Shown: positions 53,923 through 64,000 of the stretch, piece after piece
How positions within the stretch are numbered: position 1 is the stretch's first letter
Layout: each line of letters begins with the position of its first letter
Origin: Cycas panzhihuaensis
Taxonomy: Eukaryota > Plantae > Cycadophyta
Length of the DNA stretch: 64,000 nucleotides
Direction of reading: 5' to 3'
Assembly (NCBI GenBank): GCA_023213395.1
Contig: CM041465.1
Location: 200,329,741 to 200,393,740, forward strand
Notes under the pieces: model-generated
What the model saw: only the letters and a program-made list of their open reading frames with translations
Databases searched by the model: none
What the model was told of the DNA's origin: nothing
Position numbers and translations under genes: made by a program

Positions 53923-56900
53923 TATTAAAACATTATAATATCCCTTCCATTTCTTCTCATTTATGTAAATTAATATTTATAATGTATCAATGGACCCCTG
54001 ATGTAATTTAATCACATTAGATAGTGAGGTTGGGTCCACCTCTTGTGCATTAAGTTGGTGTATCCCATTGCATTGTAATATTAGTAGAAGGCTATAAATA
54101 TTGCCCTGCATACTTGTACATTTAGGTTGGATTGTAACTAATATGGAAGCTCTACTTGAAAGAGGGCCTACGATGTGGTGAATTTACCCATATATTTTCA
54201 TACTAATTTATTGAGTCTTTTTACCTATTTTATTGATTATTTATCAATATTTTGATCATAATACTTGAATTAGGGTACACATATTTAGATATCATCATTC
54301 TCACATGGTATCAGAGCTCATGCGTGTCTAATTTTAGAGTATTTGGGTGATTTTAAGCTTATGTTTCTCTATTTTCTTCGTATTTTATGGTAAATTTAAG
54401 GTTTTTTGTAGTGTTGGAGCTTATACACAATTAGTTGTAAGAGATTTCAACCTCACACAATAGATTCTAAAGCTAGTTTATATATATATATATAGGGTTT
54501 TGTTTAGTTTTGCTAAAGAAAATGTGTGAAAAATCATATTTTTTGCTTGCTATAACCATATTGCTGATGTTTTTGACTTGTTAAGGCCTTACTAGTGTTT
54601 GTAGCAGTCTTGTACCCATTTCCAATAACTAAGAGAGGGGTTTTTAAGTGGTTTTTGGCTATTTTTAGCTATATTCTTCATTGTATGGTCTATAGAGAAC
54701 CCTAAAATTTGGTAGCCTTATTCTCTAAATCCAAGTAATCATTTGTATTATTTTCTATTCTAGTAGCTCTCTCTATGTCCCACACCCCCTCCTTTAAAAT
54801 TTCACATCAATTAGAGTTCGTTTGATTGGGTTTCTAAGCTCTTGAAGCTCTATGGGAGGTACGTGCCTCATGCACAGGTCTTAAATCTCAAAAAATCATT
54901 AAAACTTTTTATAATTTTATCATAAAATTTGATACTTTAGTGAAATCAAATCTAATTTAAATCTCACTTTAAATCTGCCTTAAGCCCCTTTGTTTGGTCA
55001 CATTTAGCTCTCATATAACCTCATAAAATGTGGATTTCAAATCTCATTTAGCTAGATTTGATTATTTTTTATTTTACCAAAACATTTACCTCTTTTTAAT
55101 AAATCTTCAAGTTTGCTAACCCCCTAACAACATCAATAGCTAGTCACATGGGGCCTACAAGTGACCGGGGGCCAATATGAAGGGGGCTTAACCCTATTTT
55201 CATTTGGATTTTGGGCATAAAAAGGTACCTGTGCTATTTCTATGATATCTCCTCAACCGTATGCCTACTTTTTAAATTTTTTAGAGCACCAAAAAGTGAA
55301 TTTAGAGCTCTATAACTTAGAATCAAATTGAGCTAGATTTGGAGTTGATTTGAAAGAGATATTTGAAGAAAGGATGGATCTAGAGCTCTATAACTTATCA
55401 TTTTAATTTACTTTATTTCCTTTTAATTTTATTTATTACTTTAAACAGAACCTCTTATGTATAAGAAACTCACTTAAAAAATTAAATTTTCATATTAAAA
55501 AAGATAACTTATGAATTAAAGTCCCATTTCTAGCCTTGCAAGGGGAACAATTAGGACCCCTAAAGTTACCACCATACATATGCCCTTGGCCTACTCATAT
55601 TGGATGAGGAATGTCATTGGCTATTAGGTGTAATAGGTGGAAGGTTGAGGAGAAGACCCTATCTTTTAGAGTTTTGAGACCAAGCTAGACCTAGGGGGTG
55701 AGTGCCTTAGTTAGTAAGTTCTTATTGCTAGATCTATCATTCGGCATAAGACTAGTGTAGGTGGGGAAATAAATCAAGGGAGATTTTAGGACCTTCTTTG
55801 TAACTCTCATACTGAGGTATATTGGTCATTTGAGCTCACGTATTGATATATCAAGTCACTAGTTTTCCACTTATAGGTAGGTACTATTAGATAGGATAGT
55901 AACTGAGAGCTTTCTTAGAGACCCTAGCCTTAGAATTCTAGATTAGAAGACACTTAGGTAGATTAGTATCTCATCACACAAAAGATTTAAAAATATCAAA
56001 CACAAAAACCTTTCAAACATGTCATTACAAATGCTTCTTTCCAACAACATCAAACTCAATAGAATTAATAACTTTATACCATTAAAAAGGCAAGTCAAAA
56101 ACTTGCTCATCATGAATGAATATTAGGCCCACGTCAATAGGAATATACCCATGCCTAAGCCTACTCAAGATCCTAATGATTCCACTAAAACTATTCCATC
56201 CAATCCTATAGCCTTAGCCAACTTTAAATCTAAGGATAACATAGGATTATCCTTCCTCCACTTGGTGGTTGAAGACCAAATGGATTAAAACATTGAAACT
56301 GTACAATGCTTAAATAAAGCTTAGACCATATTTTATTCCCTCTATGAGAGGAAGGATAAATCTAGGTCCTTTACCCTTAAGGCTCACCTATTTACTATGC
56401 CTTTTATCGAAAACATTACAAATCATTTGACTGAAGTCAAAACCATTAGAAACCAATTAATTATCCTTGGTGAGCCAGCTTCTAATCATGATCTAATCTC
56501 AAGTATTATAAACATTTTATCCATTGAATACAACTCCTTTATCTCCAATTTACATGATAACTATTCTAAGATAAACTTCATAACTTTTGAGGTTCTCTTA
56601 CTTCAAGAGAAAAATATTCCTAACTGACTAGGGGTGACATCGACAGCTAACTCAACTCCTACCTTTATAGCCTAAAACTCAGAAAAGGGTAAGACTATTA
56701 ATAGAGCATCCCAACAACTTAGTTATCAACAAGACCTAGCTCAACTCTTGGACTCTCTCTCTATATCATAAGAGTCACATCAACAACTAACTTAGTAATA
56801 TCTTATTAGTACCTCCTCCTCCTCCTTTCCAAATTAGTAGCCTCAATAATCATAACATCAACCACATGGATAGTATCAAAAGAATTAGTAGGGCAAATAA

Positions 56901-59900
56901 AATATCACTTGTCTCCCTTGTGGAAAATCTAGACACCTAGCTATTGAATGTAGGAGAATACAAGTAGATTTATAACTCTTGCAAAACCAAGGGAGCCAAG
57001 CATATGGGCTAGTTTATCAATAACCACCCTCCATTTATCAACAAGGAGCACCCGCATACCATCAAGGAGGCCATAATTATAATTAACAAAGACAAGGAGC
57101 TTCTTATCAACAAGAAGGACCATGCTCTCCTTAAGGAGCCCTTTTTGCACAATAAGAAGGCCCTTATTATCAACAAGATGGTTACATTCAACAATAAGAA
57201 GACCTTTCTACCTACAAGGAGAGCCATCATACCAACCTCCAGGCTAATTCTATCAGAAGGTTTAGAATCCAAAAGGAACCAATAATACAATCAACAATAA
57301 GGTGGAAATATGGGAGATGGTTAGGACTCCTCTCCTATAACCTATTTTTTATAGCACTATCCTCACAACTTGATGAGACCCCATGGCTTCTTGATTCTAA
57401 TATAATAAGACACATGATAGGTTTTAAAAAAATGTTGTAAGAGATCCAACTAATCAACACTCAAATGGTCATATTTAGGGACAACATGACTTATAATATG
57501 ACTAAAATTGGTAGGGCACCAATCACATTGAAGGACTCCAATATTAGACACCACATCAGTAATGTGTTCCTTATACCCGAAATGAAGACAAACCTTCCTT
57601 TTGCCAACCAAATGGATAAGCATAACTTAGATGTCCTCTTTAGCTAGGGTATTTATAGAATTATAGATCATGCTACAGGTAAACTTGTGGCCATAATACA
57701 TGAAGATAGTGGCTTATAAAGGCTAGATAATATCCCTCTTACCACTACTCCTCAACATGAATCTTGTTTAATGGCCAATACAACTCAATGTGATAAGGGG
57801 AAGGATGTAATTAAGAAAGAGTCCTCTTGCATATATGAACCAAGAGAATGCTCCTACTTAAAAGATGAAGTGATCATAAATAGATCTAAAGACCACTAAC
57901 ATCAATGCTTAGGTCATTTAAATATGTAGAACTTGAACCTCATGTTTAAGCTCAAAATGGTATATAACCTACCCAAAATCAAGAGATACTAGAACATATA
58001 TGAGGCCTACCTAAAGAGAAAGCAACAAAGAGAAAAAATCCCTTCCAAGAATATATGGAGAGCTTCACAACCATTAGAGTTGGTCCACTATAATATTTGT
58101 ATCCCTATGTCTATCTAATCTCTCAATGGTAGTTGGTATTTCATCATCTTCATAGTGACTTCTTAAGGAAAGTATGGGTCTACTTCTTGAGAAATAAATG
58201 TCAAGCCCTAGACAGATTCAAAGTTTAAAGCTACTACTAAAAATAAAAGTGGGATGAGAATCAAGACCCTTAGATCTAATAATGGTGATGAGTATATTTC
58301 AAATTAGTTCAATAACTTCTGTAAAGAACATGGCATCTATCATTAATTTTTTGTTCCTCACACACCTTAACAGAATGATGTAGCTAAAAGGATGATTTAA
58401 ACTTTGATCAATAAAGGAAAAGCCATGCTTAGTGCTGTCAACCTTGCTACTAGAGTTTGGGTTGATGCCATTGCCATGGTTTCTTACTTAACCAACATAA
58501 GTCCTATAGTTGCGGTTAGGAACATTACTCCCGAAGAAGCTTAGTCAGGTTAAAAACCATTTGTAGTTCACTTAAGGATCTTTGGATGCACAATATATAA
58601 ACATGTCCCAAAGGATAACATAAAGAAGTTTGATGATAAGAGCCTCAAATGCATCTTCCTTTGCTATGTACCTAGTTGCAAAGCCTATAAATTATTTGAC
58701 ACAGTTGGTAACTAAACTTACATGACACATGATATAATCTTTGTTGAAGAACCATAAGAACTAATACCTCCTCTATATTAGATTGTAGTAGAAGATGAAG
58801 TTGGTGTGACAAGTGACCCTTACACAAACTTTGGAGCTACTTGTCCCAACTTACTCCTACACTCCTAGTCCATCATTAGTTCCAATAACTTCTTTGTCAT
58901 CCACTCAAATAAGCATAAATTTACATCCTATTTTAATTGATGACCTTTAAGTGGAAGCCACCAGCATTCATCCACCTCCTAAGTGGGTACAATAGCTTTT
59001 AAAGGATGCTCCTCCTCCTCCCACAACTATAAAGAGGCCTTTTAAGATGAGACACTCTATAAACTTTACCCTTATGGCATATGCCCTTAAAACTCTTGAG
59101 CCTTCCATATTTGAAGAGGAAATCAAAGATCGAATGTGGAAAGCAACTATGGATGAAGAGATGAATTCCATCTCAAAAAATGCCACTTTGGAGCTGGCTG
59201 AATTTCCACTTGGGAAAAAAATAATTAACTATAGATGGCTATACAAGATAAAGTTCCATGTAGATGGCACCATAGAGTGTCATAAAACTCATCTTATTGC
59301 AAGAGATTTCAAATAGTAGGAAGGAACTGGCTATGATAGGACCTTTTACACTGGTAGACAACATGACCACATTCCATTTAATTATGTCCTTAGCATCCTA
59401 ATTTGGATGGCTTATTCACTAAATAGATGTGAAAAGTGCTTTCCTCAATGGAGAGCTTAAAGACCAAGTTTTCTTGAAAGAAACCCTAGCCTATATTATT
59501 CTAGGACAAGAACACTTAGTTTGCAAACTCAATAAATCCCTTTATAGACTTAAGTAGACACCACGTGGTTGGTATACAAAGATAGATGCATTTCTCACTG
59601 AATATAGATTTAATCGTTTACCCTTTGACCCTAATCCCTATATTCAGGTTAGAGATAATTTGATCACCATCATTATACTTTATGTAGCTGACCTTGCTAT
59701 CACTAGAAATGATATAGATGGAATTTCTTGTCTCTAATCAAAGATAAATAACAATTTTAAGATGACTGACCTTGGCCTACTCCACTACTTCCTTGGAATT
59801 AAAGTTTGATAAGAACTAGGACACATACTCCTAACTCAAACTAAATATGCCAATGAACTCTTGGAAAGATTTAGGATGATATATTATAAATTTGCACCAA

Positions 59901-61027
59901 ATCCTATGGAGATAGGAACCAAATTAGACCTGGATGAACAAGGAAAACCTTTTGATCCCACTTTGTACTAAAAGTTAGTTGGGAGTCTCATCTATCTCAC
60001 TCACACTCACCCAAAAATCTCATATGTAGTAGGGATTTGCTCTAAGTATATGTCACAACCCAAAGTATCTCATTAGAAAGTAACTACTAGGATTCTCAAA
60101 TACATCCATGGCACTCATCAGTTTGGCCTTGAGTATAACAAGACTGAATCATCTATTCTAAAGGGACATACATATGTTGATTAGGTTAGTTGCCAAGATA
60201 TATGCCATTCAACTTTAGGCTATTATTTTGATATGAATTCAGGTGTAATCTCATGGAGCTATAAGAAACGGCCTAATATTATCCTTTCCTCCATCGAAGT
60301 AGAATACAAAATAATTGTCCATGCTACAATTGGGTTACTTTGACTTAGAAGGATTCTCGTTGAGCTTGGACTTCAGTAGACTTCACCAACCATCCTGCAC
60401 TATGACAATTAAAGTGTGTTGAAGATGATGAAGAATCCTATATTCTATGCTAGAACCAAGCACATTAAGATCCACCATAACTTCATCTGTGAGCATGTTT
60501 AGAATGGAGAAGTTGATCTTGTCTATCGTCCTACTAAAGACTGAGTTGTAAACATCTTCACTAAAGCACTTGGTAAACCAAAGTTTAAATGGTTTAGATT
60601 TGACCTTAGCATTTAAAAAAATAAAGTTGTTATTAAGAGAGGGTGCTAAAACATTATAATATCTCCTCTATTTCTTCTCATTTATGTAAATTAATAATGT
60701 TTATAATATATTAATGGACCCCTGATATAATTTAACATTGGATAGTGAGGTGGGGTCCACCTCTTGTGCCATTAAGTCAGCCTATCCCTTTGCATTGTAA
60801 TATTGGTGAAAGACTATAAATATTTCCCTACATGTTAATACATTTAAGTTGGATTATGATTAATATGAAAGCTCTTCCCAAAAGGGAGCCTACGATGTGG
60901 AAAATTCACCTATATATTTACATGCTTATTTATTAAGTCTATTTGCTTATTTTGTTGATTATTTGTCAATATTTTAATTACTATACTTGAATCAAGGTAT
61001 ACATATCTAGATCCTGTCGTTCTCACA
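53923..61027 (+). mobile_element. Full-length decayed Ty1/copia element nested in the Argonaute fragment
   Basis: LTRs at 53923-54305 and 60644-61027. PBS tggtatcagagc at 54306-54317, PPT 60635-60643, TSD TGAAC (53918-53922 and 61028-61032). Gag ~56020-56630, CCHC ~56907, PR WLLDS ~57384, INT ~57890-58750, RT ~59080-59830, RH to ~60615. Confidence 0.95.
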
Positions 61028-61032
61028 TGAAC

Positions 61033-61311
61033 AACTAATATTTAACAAATATGACATTGAAAATAAATGTGAAGATAGGTGACTTAATTTTCTTATTGTC
61101 TTTGAAAGCTACTTTCTGGATACCTATAATATCTATAACATTGACAATTATTATTAGAATGGATGTTTCCCATGGTAATCTAAGAAATAAGGATTCTCCA
61201 TCAATTATAGTTATGGTGGCTTCAAGGGAATGGCCTCTGATTTTAAGGTATAGAGCAACTGTTAGGACTTAGTCCTCAAAGGTTGAGATGATTGATGCAT
61301 AGCTATACAAA
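61033..61311 (+). pseudogene. AGO4: AGO4/6/9-clade Argonaute fragment, PIWI N-terminal part (3' part)
   Basis: N*YLTNMTLKINVKIGDL...TIIIRMDVSHGNLRNKDSPSIIVMVASREWPLILRYRATVRT*SSKVEMIDA resembles AGO4 DQYLTNVLLKINAKLGGL...GMDVSHGSPGQSD.PSIAAVVSSRQWPLISKY.A.VRTQS.K.EMID. In frame with the 5' part once the copia and one TSD copy are removed. Confidence 0.92.
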
Positions 61312-62227
61312 AAGCCAAAGATGAATTTGCTCAAAGTGCCACTTCCCATCACCTACATTATATATGGAGATGGCCCTCATAAATATAAATGCAAACTGGT
61401 ATAAACATGTAGATATAAACATCATCATATCTTTATAGTACCTTCATGGCACTATCATTGCCCTCCTTGCCACCCCACTAACCTACAAAACAATGGAGGT
61501 CATAAAAAAAAAAGGTATAAAAATGAACCAAAACCCTAATTTTGGGGATTAATATTATTTTATCAATTAATGTTTGATTTATGGGATTTTTTTTTTTTTT
61601 TTTGGCAGATGCTAAATATCATAAGATATGATTAATCATTTTTGAAAATGCAAAAATGATTAAATCCACATAAATTTCATTTTGAATCAACCTAGCCCCT
61701 AAGCATTAGCTCTCAGTCATATTGTGCTATCATATTACTGCTTATCTGCCAATGAAATGGGCTAAGATTCTAATTTTCAAATTTTATGGAATCTTCATCA
61801 CCTTTTTGCTTATAACTTGAGCTTATGAGCTCTGCTTTTAGTACCATGAGTTGCATTAGATTCATAACTAAGAGATCTTCACTTTGGTAGGTTAAATGAT
61901 AATATTTAGAGATGTTTAATGGAGATATTTTAGCTCAAAGTTAAAAATTATTTTTAAAGTTTTATTTTTCATCATTTCTTCAACATTTTTAGGGATATAT
62001 ATATATAATTTTTAAGGTTCAATATCATTTGTTGTATATTTTATTGACATAATATATCCCAAGTGGGGAGAAACATGTATAATATATCATACAGGCTTAT
62101 TTTAGGCTCTAGAGAGCCTATATTTGTTAACAAATCATTAAAATTCATCATTTGAGAGTCATTCATGTTGTATTTTAGTCACATCTATTTTTTATTCATA
62201 TATTAACATTTATTATTGAACTTTTAA

Positions 62228-62370
62228 GCCTATAAAGACTATTATAATCCCATAGTGGCATGTTGAAGACCATAGAGCCATGTTGTAAACCTATAGTGGC
62301 ATGATTTTAGCCCATAGAGGCATGATTTATAACCCATAGAGGTAATTTGAGGCCATAGTATCATTGTAAA
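62228..62370 (+). repeat. ~20-21-bp degenerate tandem repeat (CCCATAGTGGCATGTTG-like), ~6-7 copies
   Basis: Recurrent ccatag(t/a)g(g/c)catg units. Confidence 0.8.
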
Positions 62371-62861
62371 GTCTTTAAGCCATTTATTTTTTAACCATTA
62401 AATTCAAAGAAGCTACTTATATTATCTTATATAGGCAAGAGGTGGGATCCTTTTTTAGTTACTCTTGCATATTTCTTTGTCAGCTTATTTATTTGGCCAA
62501 ATAGGTTGACATGTTCTCAAAGGAAAGCTAACTTGGTATTGATTATACCATGTATACAAAGGAACATACTAGCTAACTAATGGTCATAGTAGCTAGTTAC
62601 CCATGTGGTTTGATGGATGAAGTTCTCTTCATATAGACATCAGTAGCAAATTATAACCTTACAATAACTTATGATCCAACATTAATTTGAAAATAAATTT
62701 GTATATTTAATGTGACATTTCACTTTATGTAATTATCTATTAAAAGAGGGAAATATTGGGTGTGATATCCAATTATATAATTATCTCCATTCACACTCTC
62801 TTTGGATTTATTTAAATTTTATAATTGAGGTCTCTTTGAGTTGTGTGCCACATAGAAATAT

Positions 62862-64000
62862 ATGTGTTTCCTAACTTTTGGGAATGGGATTTGGACAATC
62901 AATAGAACAAGCTAAGTGTAGGTATATTTCTATCCCTTTTCATTCTTTATTTGATTTATATTTGAGATGTTGGCATAGATATATACTTGTACATATGCTT
63001 GTTGGTTTGTTCATATCCTGCCTTATATTCTGATGATGATCAAGACGTAAGTCCATGGTTCTAACGTCCACCTATTGGTATTTCTAGGTTGGAAGAGGAG
63101 CTTCCTTTTATCTTATAGCTCATTTACCCCTTTATTACTACTCAATTTTTAGCTTTTTGGCTTCACTTTTACCTTCTTACCCCCTATTTTGATTGATAGA
63201 GGTTTTAGGAATCGATTGCTAGTTAGTTTATAGGATTCTATGAAGTTTTTATTAGTTAAAACTAACTCTATTTTTATACCATAGAATTTTTTATTGTACC
63301 ATAGACTTTTCTATTGTACTATAGATTTATTTATAGTGCCATAGATATATTAATGGTACTAAAGATATATACATAGTACCACAAATATATTTGCAATATG
63401 ACTATTCACTAATCCAAATTTGGGTTTAATGGTGATAATCAACTCTTAATTACTTATTTGTTAGACCTAACACATTATAGTCACCCTAGGTTAGTTTCTA
63501 TCCCCCTTAAGAGGCTAATTAAGTCTTAATAAACTCAATTTTTACTTACTTCTATGCTTGCTTTGCTCATTTCTATGCTTAGTCCCTCAAACCATGAGAA
63601 AATCTCATGGTTTTAAAGGTGGTGGATTTTCCCATATTATGGGATGAAAACCACCACCCTATGGCCTCATTTCTCTCTATAAATCCCCTTATTTTCTAAA
63701 GGATAAAGGAGGATCTTTAAGACTTAGAGAAATACATCATTATACTATCAGAATTCTACCACATATAAGGGATTTAGGAGCTAGTGTCAAGTTATACATT
63801 ATGAGAGCATAATGAAGCCTTGACAAACTATTAAGGAGCCCTTGAAGAAGTAAGTTGTAGTAGCCATTGACCTCCTTTCTTCTAAGGTAAAGGTATATCC
63901 ATCATCCCTTTGTTTAGGAGTTATTTTCTCTCATTTCTTTCATCCACTCTATGCTATGTAAATGTTTTATGATGGTTGTGTGCTTGAGATCTCTTGAAAG
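62862..64000 (+). mobile_element. LTR-like sequence of the Tat/Ogre-like family (runs off the window)
   Basis: Homologous to the reverse complement of 8160-8380 and 33360-34115. Contains a 20-bp tandem repeat (63277-63390), twin palindromes (63589-63658) and TATAAAT at ~63677. Confidence 0.72.

Larger units (their letters stand above)
52296..62865 (+). mobile_element. Non-autonomous LTR retrotransposon carrying a captured Argonaute fragment; hosts a nested copia; 3' LTR truncated
   Basis: 5' LTR starts tattgggtgtaatacctaattatataattatc (52296). The homologous 3' LTR starts tattgggtgtgatatccaattatataattatc (62754) after the PPT aaaagagggaaa (62742-62753). PBS cluster at 52622-52698. No gag/pol recognised in its own internal sequence. 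Confidence 0.85.

Noticed and set aside
53710-61311. A functional AGO4 gene with a 7-kb intron
   Set aside because: The interruption is a TSD-flanked copia without GT-AG ends. The fragment has stops and a frameshift and lacks N, PAZ and most of PIWI.

Overview
AT-rich, CpG/CHG-depleted land-plant heterochromatin made almost entirely of nested, decayed LTR retrotransposons. No intact host gene is visible. Most stop codons are TAA/TAG/TGA at positions where Gln/Arg/Trp is expected, consistent with methyl-C deamination. Contents: (1) four pieces of a Tat/Ogre-like non-chromovirus Ty3/gypsy family (1-1365 +, 1501-8430 -, ~21250-34115 -, 34116-38295 +) plus an LTR-like copy at the right end; (2) one chromovirus-like gypsy (~12614-18286 +); (3) several Ty1/copia elements, two of them complete with LTR pair, PBS and 5-bp TSD (40329-46556 -, TSD CCACC; 53923-61027 +, TSD TGAAC). 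Most notable: a non-autonomous LTR element (52296-~62865, triple PBS) carries an intronless AGO4-clade Argonaute MID/PIWI fragment that was later split by a copia insertion; two decayed plant-mobile-domain (PMD) + coiled-coil genes lie antisense and 3' to the gypsy pol regions, one with a frame-preserving intron; the gypsy family has an apparently spliced 5' leader with a micro-exon; bases 1-1500 are a near-identical duplicate of 36927-38429; and a 107-bp CpG-rich insert sits inside an RT domain. All assignments are from manual translation and motif recognition, not database searches.
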